Of a stretch of DNA of 57,880 nt, positions 10,719-20,192 are shown in pieces. Every line of letters begins with the position of its first letter. The first letter of the stretch is position 1. Both the position numbers and the translations under genes were made by a program. Source of the DNA: a virus (taxonomy: Duplodnaviria > Caudoviricetes); the IMG/VR virus record IMGVR_UViG_3300049473_000108, positions 1 through 57,880 of that record. One strand, 5' to 3'. The notes under the pieces were generated by a model. It was not told the origin of the DNA and searched no databases. It saw only the letters and a list, made by a program, of their open reading frames with translations.

Positions 10719-11306
10719 TCAGTTCTCCTTAATGCGGGTTGCGTATGTCAGAACAGCATCCACCCGCTTTTGTTCGTAGTAGTCGTAAATCGCATTGGGC
10801 AGAATGCCCAGGGTAATCATCCCCACCTTTTCACTGAACTTAATGGCGAGCCGATTATTGACAGGCATAAAGCCGATAAGCAGGTCAAAGATTGGTTCCT
10901 GCTCGTATTCAAGACCAAGAAGTTCAGCCAAGCTCCATCTTATCGCTTCGATACTGCCATTTCCCCATAGCTTTTTGAAAAGGCAAAAGTGGATATAAGC
11001 CCTCCTTTGGTTGAAGGAAAACCCATTGAGCCATATTATTCCTGCCTCATTGCCGTCCTTTACTTCCCCGTGAAACAGGACGTAAAATGAGTTCACGTGG
11101 CTCTTGCAGAACTTGACGAAGTCCGCCAGGCACTGCACAGAACCGTCATAGAAAACCTTGTGCACAGAACCTTCCTCTTTCATCCTGCGGTAAAGGCCCC
11201 CAAAATAGAGGTCTGGCAGATTCCGCATACCGTCCTTATCGGTTCGGTAAAGAAAAAGTTGGTAGTCGTCGTTTTTCATCTTAAGCTGTGCAATCATGGC
11301 ACGCAC
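10719..11306 (-). CDS. GNAT-fold acetyltransferase-like virion assembly protein
   Basis: GFMPVNNRLAIKFSEKVGM matches GNAT motif B; position before the ejection proteins as in podoviruses. Confidence 0.7.
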   Translation of the reverse strand: MRAMIAQLKMKNDDYQLFLYRTDKDGMRNLPDLYFGGLYRRMKEEGSVHKVFYDGSVQCLADFVKFCKSHVNSFYVLFHGEVKDGNEAGIIWLNGFSFNQRRAYIHFCLFKKLWGNGSIEAIRWSLAELLGLEYEQEPIFDLLIGFMPVNNRLAIKFSEKVGMITLGILPNAIYDYYEQKRVDAVLTYATRIKEN

Positions 11307-12822
11307 AAAGCCAGGTATTATCTATTCTCACTGCATCCAACCAATCATAGATGAGGGGAGACCAATCAGCCCCTTGGTTTCCTTTAAGGTTGCTAGTGGT
11401 AAAGTCAAATATCGTGTTCATATCGAGAATAAGTATCCTAATGGGCTTACCTATATAGCCTCCCTTGAAATCCGTAATGACGGTACGCTTCGTATTGTGT
11501 GTTATAAATAAGCTGCCCTCGCTAATGTCGGGAGTTGTTTCACCATCTGGAAATTCAATATAACCTCCAGCAACGTCCTTGAGGTACTTTATAGCTACAG
11601 TTTCCGGCATATTAACGCCGCCTCCCGTGGCATTCCGAACATTTTCTAGTCCTCCGTAAATACACCCATTGCCTATGTCTATGGCATACTTTGGTGCCAC
11701 AGCCCCGGCTTTGTTAAGTTCAATAAAATCAAATGCAAAATTGCTAATCGTGTAGTTGCCTGCTCTGTGCATATATATGGCTTTCTCTCCGGAATCGAAG
11801 CCCTTCATTTGGCAATAGAAATTTCTGAGTCCGTATCGTCCAAGATGCTGGTTTTCGGCGTAGATCTCAATGCCGTACTCTCTGCATACACTTGCGTGCA
11901 AGTGGTCGAACATCAAGAAAAACGCAGCCCCACTGCCAGGGTTAATATAAACTCCTTTGTTATTTGCACCGAAGTTGCATTTTCTGAAGTCGCCCACGAT
12001 AAGCTGACCGACCACGTTAAGTCCATTGCTATTGAAATCGTTTGCCACGACCTCCTCGCAAAATAAGAATTCTCGCAGTACAAGTTCCTCGTCTGAAATA
12101 ATTGTAATCCCGTTTTGGCTTGTGCAATTGTTGCCGAGTAAATTCAGCCTCTTAAGTACAAGATATGAAAATCCATCTAGTCTTAGGGCGTCCCGCCCTA
12201 CTCCGAAGATGCTTAGGTCATGAATTTGACTTGACCTAGGTACAGAGCCACCGCTTGTTTTTAGATATATCCCATCGTCCGTGCTCCCATCTCCAAGTAG
12301 ATGCATATAGGCAATCTCAAACCCGTATCCGGTTGCACCTTCAATCGTAATTGCTGGACCTGAGCCATTATTATGCAGGACAGTTCCAGTACCCATACCA
12401 CCAGTGCCGTTAAAACTATCAGCATTCCCCATCAAACGCACGCCATCGTAAAGGAATAGGCCATCGTGGTCGTAATGATTTGAGTCGAGCCATACGACAC
12501 CACCTCCACAGTTCCTAGCCTCATCAATGGCTCCCTGAACCCCTCCATATTTCTCAGGGAAGAAATAATGCTTTCGAGAATGCACTGGAAAAAGTAGACC
12601 AGCGAAGTCATAGGAAGGGTAATCATCTTTCAGTGAACCAAGGTTAATTCCTATCCTGCTCAAGTCCCGCCTCGTCACGGCTCTATCTAAATCTTGGGCT
12701 CGGCCCTCTCTGATCTCGACTCTCTCCTTTATCGCATTGAGGAAGGACAAGAGCGTGGGATCGACATTCTTGACTGTCGATATATCAGGTATGGAAGGAA
12801 GCGCTGTTTCCCTACTCGCCAT
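11281..12822 (-). CDS. Tailspike / pectate-lyase-like parallel beta-helix protein (likely start MASRET)
   Basis: GVQGAIDEA..GGGVVWL, GVRLMG and GTGTVL motifs followed by beta-helix-type repeats. Confidence 0.75.
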   Translation of the reverse strand: MASRETALPSIPDISTVKNVDPTLLSFLNAIKERVEIREGRAQDLDRAVTRRDLSRIGINLGSLKDDYPSYDFAGLLFPVHSRKHYFFPEKYGGVQGAIDEARNCGGGVVWLDSNHYDHDGLFLYDGVRLMGNADSFNGTGGMGTGTVLHNNGSGPAITIEGATGYGFEIAYMHLLGDGSTDDGIYLKTSGGSVPRSSQIHDLSIFGVGRDALRLDGFSYLVLKRLNLLGNNCTSQNGITIISDEELVLREFLFCEEVVANDFNSNGLNVVGQLIVGDFRKCNFGANNKGVYINPGSGAAFFLMFDHLHASVCREYGIEIYAENQHLGRYGLRNFYCQMKGFDSGEKAIYMHRAGNYTISNFAFDFIELNKAGAVAPKYAIDIGNGCIYGGLENVRNATGGGVNMPETVAIKYLKDVAGGYIEFPDGETTPDISEGSLFITHNTKRTVITDFKGGYIGKPIRILILDMNTIFDFTTSNLKGNQGADWSPLIYDWLDAVRIDNTWLCACHDCTA

Positions 12823-12823
12823 C

Positions 12824-14674
12824 CTATTCCTCCGCCGCCTGTATAAGCTCATCTATGGAAGTGGCTATTGCCATCAGATCAATGTCCGAAGTGCCAACTA
12901 CCTCTAGTTCTATATCCTTCCCTGTGTAACCTCCCGGCATCCTGAATATCTCATCGGATTGTATGTTCTTGCTCCATTTCAGAACGCCATCCACATAAAG
13001 CCTGAAATCCACCTCATCATCTGCCACAATCCTGCCCGCATTGAAATTGAAGGGCGAAAAGAGATGAAATACCTTCGATTTCCAAGTATAGGTCAGCTCT
13101 GTTGCGGCTTCTTCCCACGTATAAACATCATAGGAACCAGTATCGGGGTCCTCTATTAGCACATAAAGGTAATCCCCTACCGTGATTACGTCATAAAACG
13201 TTTTCCCGCTGATGGAAAAGTCGATAATCCTCATTTTCTGCATGTTGAGGATAAAACCCGTGGAGGCCCCGCTAAAGAAGGCAAAGTATTTATCATCGTA
13301 GAAAGCGCTCATCAGATTGGCGAGACTCTTGGCTTGCCATTGTTCCTTCGTGAAAAGTTCCCTCGTAAGCAGCGTTCCTCCCTCGCGGCTGACCATAAAG
13401 AGTCCATCGTCAGACGGATAAATAACTCCGCCCTCGGTCGAGACTACGCTTTTAGCTCCTCCAACGCAGGGGCGCTCATAAGGCAAATCCATAAGAGTCA
13501 TGCTTGAGGGGTCCGTGCCCGTAGCATAGTAAGGTACGCCATCCGTTACGGCGACGAGTGTTTCCCCAAAGTGACCCACGCCGACAATATCGTGCCTAGC
13601 CTGGAGAGCGTAACCGTCCGGCCATGCGTAAGGATAGCCAGGCACAGAAAGATAGACCTCGCTGCCCTTGAAACCCGCAAGGATGTTATTGACAAAGAGG
13701 TGCAATCCGGCGAGTTCCTCAGGAGGAGGTTCCCAATCCTCGGTCGCTATTGCCTCGAGGAGCTCATCATCTTCCCGTTTGTCATCGAACCCGTTAGCTA
13801 TGGCATCCTCGATCAGGCAGTCATCGAGGTCTTCTTCCCAATAATCGCCCTCGTTTGGGGCATGTTCGGGCGGAGGAGTGAATGCCTGAATACATTTGTA
13901 TGTTTTGCTCCCATAAGTCACTCGGTCGTCCAGGGAGTAAGCAGTATTTGCCTCATATTCAGGGATGTTATCGGGAGGGTAAGGCACAAGCTGGTACTCC
14001 GCAAGGCTGGTGCCTGTGTTTAGCCGGTAGACTCTAATATGCGTTGCGTTCACCATATCGGCTGGCGGATTTGCAAACCCGCTTAGATGAATGTATTCAT
14101 CCTCCTGCAAATCAACAACATCAGAGGGCGGTGATGGTGCGGATTCCTCCCCCCATCCCGTCACGTAAGTCCAGACATAAGAAATTGACTCCTGGACAAT
14201 GCCATTTCCTTCGCCTTCCCGCACGACTTTCAAAGGCACAATGGGCGCAGGCACACCCAATCTGTAACTTGTAGTGGGCCAGGTGTAAGAAGGTCCTTCT
14301 GTTGCCATATCATAGTTAGTCTGCTTGGGCACGCCATCGCCCGTGAAATAAATGCGAGGCGTGACATCCGGGATGAAGGATTTCACTACATCCACATCTT
14401 CGCCCTTCCAGTTGAGCCATTTATCCACAAGCTTATAGATTGTCTTGGCACCCGCTATAATAACCTGGTCTCCACTGGCAGTTACTTTATCCGAGCCTGA
14501 ATCAATGACGTCCTGGCCCCCTACGTTGAACTCGAACTCCAAATCTCTGAGCGGCTGAATCATGCCGCGCTCGAGTTCGCAGTTCTCAGCAATCTGGGCC
14601 TGATTTTCAGCTAGCAATTTGGGGGAAGTCTTTGGTATCGTCCCCTCAAAATTGGATATTCGGATTACAGGCAC
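12824..14674 (-). CDS. Tail nozzle / tail tubular protein B-like, with an inserted chitin-binding-type module
   Basis: 616 aa; SYVWTYVTGWGEESAPSP, YPYAWP and YTWKSKVF motifs typical of podovirus nozzle/stabilisation proteins. Confidence 0.75.
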   Translation of the reverse strand: MPVIRISNFEGTIPKTSPKLLAENQAQIAENCELERGMIQPLRDLEFEFNVGGQDVIDSGSDKVTASGDQVIIAGAKTIYKLVDKWLNWKGEDVDVVKSFIPDVTPRIYFTGDGVPKQTNYDMATEGPSYTWPTTSYRLGVPAPIVPLKVVREGEGNGIVQESISYVWTYVTGWGEESAPSPPSDVVDLQEDEYIHLSGFANPPADMVNATHIRVYRLNTGTSLAEYQLVPYPPDNIPEYEANTAYSLDDRVTYGSKTYKCIQAFTPPPEHAPNEGDYWEEDLDDCLIEDAIANGFDDKREDDELLEAIATEDWEPPPEELAGLHLFVNNILAGFKGSEVYLSVPGYPYAWPDGYALQARHDIVGVGHFGETLVAVTDGVPYYATGTDPSSMTLMDLPYERPCVGGAKSVVSTEGGVIYPSDDGLFMVSREGGTLLTRELFTKEQWQAKSLANLMSAFYDDKYFAFFSGASTGFILNMQKMRIIDFSISGKTFYDVITVGDYLYVLIEDPDTGSYDVYTWEEAATELTYTWKSKVFHLFSPFNFNAGRIVADDEVDFRLYVDGVLKWSKNIQSDEIFRMPGGYTGKDIELEVVGTSDIDLMAIATSIDELIQAAEE

Positions 14675-14680
14675 CTTGAT

Positions 14681-15055
14681 TTAACCCTTCTCGAGGATGT
14701 ATGCTCTATTGGCGTTTTGCAAAGCCATGGTTCTTAGCATGTGCACAAGTTCGCTGACCGATACATCTGGTCTTGGTCGTGCTTTGCCGTCCTCATCGAC
14801 TTCCAGCATCCCATTTCTGAACGATTCAGTTGCACGCTGGTTGCCTTCTAAAAGGCCAAGCATGGCCCATTGAAAGTCAAAAAGCCATAGGTCAAGACAT
14901 TGCTTCCTGATCTCCTTGGTTAGTGGATCCGCTCTCTTCGATACTGCCATCTCAATCCAGCATGGGCAACCTTCTTCGCCGTTCCAGGACCTTTCCGGAC
15001 ATCCCGATTTGCGAAAGGCTTCAAGACTTCGTATACACGGTTTTTTCATGCTCAA
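14681..15055 (-). CDS. Cys-containing phage protein following tail-fibre gene
   Basis: C..C..CPCW..C pattern and ATESFRNGM motif; translationally coupled. Confidence 0.6.
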   Translation of the reverse strand: MSMKKPCIRSLEAFRKSGCPERSWNGEEGCPCWIEMAVSKRADPLTKEIRKQCLDLWLFDFQWAMLGLLEGNQRATESFRNGMLEVDEDGKARPRPDVSVSELVHMLRTMALQNANRAYILEKG

Positions 15056-15483
15056 TCCTTCGTGGCAGCAATAACCTCTTGATAGTAAGGTGCCGTATTG
15101 GGATCAACGCTTTCTTCAGCGACTTCGGAAGTCGTCATAAGATTCTTGCTGGAATAAGTCCCGGTCTCGGTATATGCCATCCGAATATCGAATCCACTGG
15201 TCCCAGAATAACCTGTACTGTCAATAAAGAGATACGCATCCCCTACCGATCCTATGCCAAGCGGTATCGCGTGGTCGTGCGGGGGGATAACGTGGTCGTG
15301 TGGACTTTGCGGATTGGCAGATCCTCCCGAGGCTGGGGTTCCCGTTGTATAGCAGAGCATTGCACTGTCCTGCCAATCCGTCTTTTTGGTCCAGCCCGTG
15401 GGTGCTGTTGCATTTCCAAAAAGAGCGATTACGCCCGATTCAAAAGCTACGTTAATTCCAAAAAGCTTTGCAATAACTGCCAT
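15052..15483 (-). CDS. Short tail-fibre / collar-domain protein
   Basis: FESGVIALFGNATAPTGWTK, HxH motifs and C-terminal PYYQEVIAATKD. Confidence 0.7.
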   Translation of the reverse strand: MAVIAKLFGINVAFESGVIALFGNATAPTGWTKKTDWQDSAMLCYTTGTPASGGSANPQSPHDHVIPPHDHAIPLGIGSVGDAYLFIDSTGYSGTSGFDIRMAYTETGTYSSKNLMTTSEVAEESVDPNTAPYYQEVIAATKD

Positions 15484-15486
15484 GTC

Positions 15487-16149
15487 TTATACCTCCGCAG
15501 TCACTAAAGCCGGATTAAACAACATCCTGTCGGCGTGGGTTGCAACGCCAACGGCCTGCACTTGGTCACCGCTTCCTGAAGGAGCAGTCTGCGTTAGACT
15601 TCCGGCAGTGGTCGAAGCATAGATGACACCGCCGACTGTCCAGGCCCAGCTATCGTCTCTTGCAAACCCAAAAAGGAGTACAAGTCCGCTATTGTCAGCG
15701 TTGATAGTCTCGGCTGCCATAGCCGCCACTGGCATCGTTGAGGATGCATCTGCGTCCGCTTTCCACCACTTGCCATCTGATTTCATGTAAAGGGCATGAC
15801 CGAAAGAGACATTTTCCCCGACGGTCATGGTGGCTACAGCACCGCTATAACCGTGGTCGCTGGGAGTGGGCCACAGTTCAAGCTCAATCCCCTGGCTTAC
15901 ATCGGCAGCCTTATTGAGCTCCGCAGCAGTGGCCGTGATGTCCGGATCATAGGAAATCTGAACCCAAGTCACAGGATCATGGTCTGTTAAAACCCAAAAA
16001 GAATTGTTATCCGTTTGCAGGGCCACCTTTTTCACGTCGGAGGCCGTCAGTCCGCTTGCGCCCGTCCTGGCCGCAGCATTTGCGTATTCATTGAAATGAA
16101 TCACATGCTGCTCAGCATAAGTAAGCGTCTTATGTTCAACATCAGCCAT
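15487..16149 (-). CDS. Virion fibre/decoration protein
   Basis: GENVSFGHALYMKSDGKWWKADA...GSLTQTAPSGSGDQVQAVG beta-fold motif of phage structural proteins. Confidence 0.6.
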   Translation of the reverse strand: MADVEHKTLTYAEQHVIHFNEYANAAARTGASGLTASDVKKVALQTDNNSFWVLTDHDPVTWVQISYDPDITATAAELNKAADVSQGIELELWPTPSDHGYSGAVATMTVGENVSFGHALYMKSDGKWWKADADASSTMPVAAMAAETINADNSGLVLLFGFARDDSWAWTVGGVIYASTTAGSLTQTAPSGSGDQVQAVGVATHADRMLFNPALVTAEV

Positions 16150-16330
16150 CCGTTAACTCCTTCTTCTCGAAGCAGATGTCTCTTCTTTTGTCGATGATAT
16201 CCCAACCCGAAGTATAGAAGGCAAAACCTTCCTTTTTAAAAAAATCCCGTATCTTGCGCTCAAACGCGATATTTTCTTCTCTCACCGGCAGATGTCCATT
16301 ATCGGGCCAGTATCGGATGTGGAGTTTCAT
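16142..16330 (-). CDS. Hypothetical protein
   Basis: 62-aa ORF overlapping both neighbours. Confidence 0.55.
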   Translation of the reverse strand: MKLHIRYWPDNGHLPVREENIAFERKIRDFFKKEGFAFYTSGWDIIDKRRDICFEKKELTDG

Positions 16331-16656
16331 TCGTCCTCCGACTTCAGATGCCCATTATCGACCAAAAAGCCATAGACCATTTCGGCTAAGCAATCTAAGT
16401 ACTTTTCTCCATCATCGTCCTTAAAATAGTTTCTTCCAGTCAATTCATCGAGAGCGTGAAAGACTTCGTGTATGAAAGTAACTGCTATGGCAGAGTCAAC
16501 TCGTTGACACCCAGAACCGTCCCTGTCATTGATGCGGATTTCCATTGCATACCCATCGCGCTGGCCGTCCGCCTTGTTGAGTTCCTTGAAGTGATACGGA
16601 AAAATCACCTTGTACCAATGGCCACCGATCTTTACTTTCTCAGGCAACTTGATCAT
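16327..16656 (-). CDS. HEXXH zinc metallopeptidase-like small protein
   Basis: TFIHEVFHAL motif; LPEKVKIGG.YKV N-terminus. Confidence 0.65.
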   Translation of the reverse strand: MIKLPEKVKIGGHWYKVIFPYHFKELNKADGQRDGYAMEIRINDRDGSGCQRVDSAIAVTFIHEVFHALDELTGRNYFKDDDGEKYLDCLAEMVYGFLVDNGHLKSEDE

Positions 16657-17324
16657 ACAAATCTCCTCATTCTGACCATCATCGGTCTTTTGGTATACCC
16701 CGTTTGTTTCAGGAGTTTCGCATCGTCTATCGCATTACGGAATAATCCATTGAAGGTAAGCGCAAGGTTCGGGTCATACCAGGGCTGTGCTCGGCGCGAA
16801 AGTAAGTCGGCCCGAGCCCCGTAGCCAATAGTTTCAAAATGGTCGTCATAAAGGAATTGTTGCACGGAACTGCAAGCCCTGTCTGGCTTAAGATTGACCC
16901 GCACTAAGAGGCCGGCATCGCTTTTGACTGAAGGTGTATCGATGAGGTATAACTTCTTATCCTTGTCGAGGTAATAATAAGTTGGTGTCGGCGCGGTTTT
17001 GAACTTCCAGGAACCAAAGTTTATTAAGTCCTCTTGGTTTTCAGAAATGGGATCTAGCGTCACGAACTGGTCGTCACTTAAACCATCTTGCTTGTACTTT
17101 ACGTCATCAGCAGAAATGATTACGCTATCTGAAGGCGCTGTTAACGTGTAGCTTTGCTGGCTGGCAACAATGCTGATGCGAGTCAGTTCGTACGTCCAAA
17201 GAAGCGTATCTTCGCAGAACTTAATGCAAGCATTCCGGACACTGTGCTCTAGTGCAGGAAGAGTTACACCTGGTACGTCCGAAACTACGTCTGGCATCCA
17301 TTCGGAGAGTGCCTTGGTTGCCAT
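16653..17324 (-). CDS. Head-tail adaptor / tail tubular A-like protein, paralog 2
   Basis: Colinear similarity to 17344-18021 (MATKAL.EW, RNACI.FCE.TLLW, QPW..P). Confidence 0.7.
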   Translation of the reverse strand: MATKALSEWMPDVVSDVPGVTLPALEHSVRNACIKFCEDTLLWTYELTRISIVASQQSYTLTAPSDSVIISADDVKYKQDGLSDDQFVTLDPISENQEDLINFGSWKFKTAPTPTYYYLDKDKKLYLIDTPSVKSDAGLLVRVNLKPDRACSSVQQFLYDDHFETIGYGARADLLSRRAQPWYDPNLALTFNGLFRNAIDDAKLLKQTGYTKRPMMVRMRRFV

Positions 17325-17343
17325 ATGCTATTCTCCCTTTCCC

Positions 17344-18021
17344 CTAAGCTACGATCGGCTTTGTCTGGGCCTGTACGGAATCCAATATGTCGCCAGTGGT
17401 CTTCCTTGCCTTGGCTGCTATTATGACATCACTGAAAAGCTTCGCATAGATGACCGCTGTTTCTGGATTAGCCCAAGGTTGTCCTACCCTTGCTAAAAGG
17501 TCTGCCTTTGCACCTGCGCCTATTGCCTTGTAGTAATCGGTATAAAGGAATTCCGGAACAGTTGTGCAACCATGCTCAGGTCTTAGGTTTACTTTTACGA
17601 GTAGGCCTTCGCTGCTCGCCACAGACGGAATTGGATGAAGATGCAAATTCTTGTCAGTGTCCAGGTAATAACCACTTGGTGCCGTTGCACTCTGGAATTG
17701 CCACTGAGTATTGCCTGCATAGAGGTCTTTTTGCGCCTGTGAGAATGGATACAAATATACGAAAGTTGTGTCCGCTGCCGCATCCGCTTTAAATAAGACC
17801 CGCTCCACGGATATGATCTCAGAATCTGAAGGGGCAGTAAGCGCATAACTTTCTTGGTCCTTGACAATACTGATCCGACTGAGTTCTTCTTCCCAGAGTA
17901 AAGTCTGCTCGCAGAAAGCAATGCAGGCATTTCTCGCTGCGCTTTCAGCGGCTGGCATCGGAACTCCCCTGATATCTGGTGCGATTTCTGAAAACCATTC
18001 AGTCAAAGCTTTTGTTGCCAT
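17344..18021 (-). CDS. Head-tail adaptor / tail tubular A-like protein, paralog 1
   Basis: Position between capsid and nozzle genes; paralogous to the downstream gene. Confidence 0.7.
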   Translation of the reverse strand: MATKALTEWFSEIAPDIRGVPMPAAESAARNACIAFCEQTLLWEEELSRISIVKDQESYALTAPSDSEIISVERVLFKADAAADTTFVYLYPFSQAQKDLYAGNTQWQFQSATAPSGYYLDTDKNLHLHPIPSVASSEGLLVKVNLRPEHGCTTVPEFLYTDYYKAIGAGAKADLLARVGQPWANPETAVIYAKLFSDVIIAAKARKTTGDILDSVQAQTKPIVA

Positions 18022-18055
18022 ATTTTACCTCTTTTCCTCCCTTAACTAATGCTTC

Positions 18056-18700
18056 CTATTGCTGCTGCGTTTGTACTCCCAAGGACTGAAGGAATGCATT
18101 TCTATGGTTCATAGCTTTTTGCTCCATCCCAAGACCGCCGATATTCTCGGTGAAGGCACGGTAAAGGATATAGTCCACCAAGGCATCGAGGCAGTTATCT
18201 CTTATGCTCGGTTTGCTGGCTTTCCAAGCTCCCTCCGCGTCATAGGGGATCGTGGTGGGAACCTTGGAATGCTCAATCTCGGCATAGTTCGTCCCATCGG
18301 AAGGAGGGTAAATGTAATAGATTTCCGGATTCTGGGGGTCAGGCATAGCGTTATAGACTACAGCCGTTGCTGTCTCGCTGCTCCAGGATGGGAGAAAAGC
18401 CGCCAGAGATTCCATGACGGTCATAGTGATAGAATTCCCTGGAGTGGTTCCATCTGTACCCATGTTGCGGATAGCCCTGATAAAGGCTATGCCACCGGTA
18501 GGAATAGTTTGTTTGGCGCCTGAAGTGAGCAAAATAGAAACGATAACACTGTAGGCCTGCGGTGCAAGCGAGACGATTTCCCTTTGGCCCTGGTTTGACC
18601 AGTCAAGTAATGTCTCCTGGCTCCAATGGTCCGTATCTACGTCATTGAGCGTGACCTGGATAAGGTTCTCGATTATATGGCCTATGGTGATTGTCGCCAT
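18056..18700 (-). CDS. Head-tail adaptor-like structural protein
   Basis: LND....HWS.E.LL.W.N.GQREI, YYIYPP and ALVDYILYRAF motifs. Confidence 0.7.
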   Translation of the reverse strand: MATITIGHIIENLIQVTLNDVDTDHWSQETLLDWSNQGQREIVSLAPQAYSVIVSILLTSGAKQTIPTGGIAFIRAIRNMGTDGTTPGNSITMTVMESLAAFLPSWSSETATAVVYNAMPDPQNPEIYYIYPPSDGTNYAEIEHSKVPTTIPYDAEGAWKASKPSIRDNCLDALVDYILYRAFTENIGGLGMEQKAMNHRNAFLQSLGVQTQQQ

Positions 18701-18706
18701 CGGTAA

Positions 18707-19018
18707 TTAACGCGCTTTTTTGCCTTTGCGGGCTGTTGCCCTGCCAGCAGCTAAGGCACCCTTGAAGGCAAGTGTTGCCTGCTTCTTTGCCTTGGGACCG
18801 TATTTGCCAGCTAATGCTGCGGCTTTCTTGCCTGCTGGTATCGGTTGTCCTTGCGGGACGCCCAGACTCTCGTGAAGTCCGCCTTTTGTGAAAGCGATCT
18901 GCTTTTGTCCCTTCCTCTGCGGTTGAATAATCTGCGTTCCTCCAGGGCTTACCGTCTTACCTGGGGTCTTTTTTGCCCGGGCCGTTGAGATAAATGGCCC
19001 ACGCTTTGTCTTTGCCAC
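18707..19018 (-). CDS. Small basic phage protein
   Basis: K/R/A/G-rich with GGLHESLGVPQGQPIP motif; GTG start with AGGAG RBS. Confidence 0.65.
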   Translation of the reverse strand: MAKTKRGPFISTARAKKTPGKTVSPGGTQIIQPQRKGQKQIAFTKGGLHESLGVPQGQPIPAGKKAAALAGKYGPKAKKQATLAFKGALAAGRATARKGKKAR

Positions 19019-19044
19019 GTTCGTTTCTCCTACTTAAAAGGCTG

Positions 19045-19524
19045 CTAAACCGTAGCCTTTAGTTGTGTTTTCCTGTGATCGATGGCAATTTTCTTCAATC
19101 TTGCCAAGGGAAGCCTCCGGTCAATATCCACTCCAAAGTGTTCAAGCACATACTGCTCAACTTGGTTCTTTTTGGTCATGCTTCTAATGGAACTAATTTC
19201 AGGGTCGGTTTTAGTCGAGCGAGGCTTTTTGTCGCCACCCTCATCGCCCGCTCGCTGATCAGGCTCAATTTCTGTATCAACCTCATCCAGCACTGGATTT
19301 TCTTCCTGCGTTGCAGGCTCTGGAATCTTTGTGGCCCTATTCCCTTCTTCAGCGAGTTTTTCCGATTTGGTTTTCCGCTGACCGGCCAGAATCTTTGCCG
19401 CATCCTCCTCTGTTATTCGCCGCATATCCATCCTTTTGGCAAGCTCATCGGTAAAGACGTAAACATAGGTTCCCTGCCCGTCAGCATCTATCTGCTGGAG
19501 ATACTTCGGTTTTGCCATCCTCAT
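19045..19524 (-). CDS. Hypothetical protein in head module
   Basis: 159-aa ORF with GGAGG RBS; acidic linker and short C-terminal helical domain. Confidence 0.6.
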   Translation of the reverse strand: MRMAKPKYLQQIDADGQGTYVYVFTDELAKRMDMRRITEEDAAKILAGQRKTKSEKLAEEGNRATKIPEPATQEENPVLDEVDTEIEPDQRAGDEGGDKKPRSTKTDPEISSIRSMTKKNQVEQYVLEHFGVDIDRRLPLARLKKIAIDHRKTQLKATV

Positions 19525-19615
19525 CCTCCCAGTTTGTTGGTTAAAGAGGCGAGGGACGCGGACAGAACCTGCTACGTCCCCCGCGCTTTTTGCCTGGTCT
19601 CACCTACTCAGACAA

Positions 19616-20131
19616 TTAGAAGCCCTTGCAGCCTCTTACCCAGATATCGAAGATTGCAGCGCCTTCGTCATCTGAAGCGTTGAATACGATGTCGATGCTG
19701 CCGTTGGTAATATAGACGTCTTCGTAATACTGAGTGTTAAACGCATCGCCGTCCGCATGATCGAATACCAGGACAGCGGCTGCGCTCAGTGGGCCAGCAT
19801 CAAGCCAGTAATCAATATCCTGCCCGTGCTGGGTCTGTGTTGAACTCTGGACCCCGACATCGATTGTGGTGGCTGTCCCGTCGCCAACGGTGACAACCCT
19901 TACACCCCCGCCTAAGGCATGAAATCCTAACGGCACCCTGAATATCTGAAGGATGTCGCCGGTATCAAAGCCGATGGCGGGCAATGCGGTTCTCACCTCG
20001 CTGACGGCCAGGGGTCCGTTTGCCCCTTTAGCGATTATTGCGGGTATATCGACCCTTTTTCGGAGTACCGCCATCCCGAATGCATCGTAGGGAACGGCGT
20101 ACCCTTCCTTGTAGTAATGATAAGTAGCCAT
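19616..20131 (-). CDS. Capsid decoration / cement protein
   Basis: Directly downstream of the capsid gene; beta-sandwich-like sequence; GGGAGG RBS. Confidence 0.65.
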   Translation of the reverse strand: MATYHYYKEGYAVPYDAFGMAVLRKRVDIPAIIAKGANGPLAVSEVRTALPAIGFDTGDILQIFRVPLGFHALGGGVRVVTVGDGTATTIDVGVQSSTQTQHGQDIDYWLDAGPLSAAAVLVFDHADGDAFNTQYYEDVYITNGSIDIVFNASDDEGAAIFDIWVRGCKGF

Positions 20132-20148
20132 GAAGCTGTCCTCCCTAG

Positions 20149-20174
20149 AGTCGGGGGATTTATGTCCCCCGACT
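20149..20174. terminator. Perfect hairpin between capsid and decoration genes
   Basis: agtcggggga-tttatg-tcccccgact; terminator or mRNA stabiliser. Confidence 0.5.
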
Positions 20175-20192
20175 ATTTTAGTTTCCTACGCC

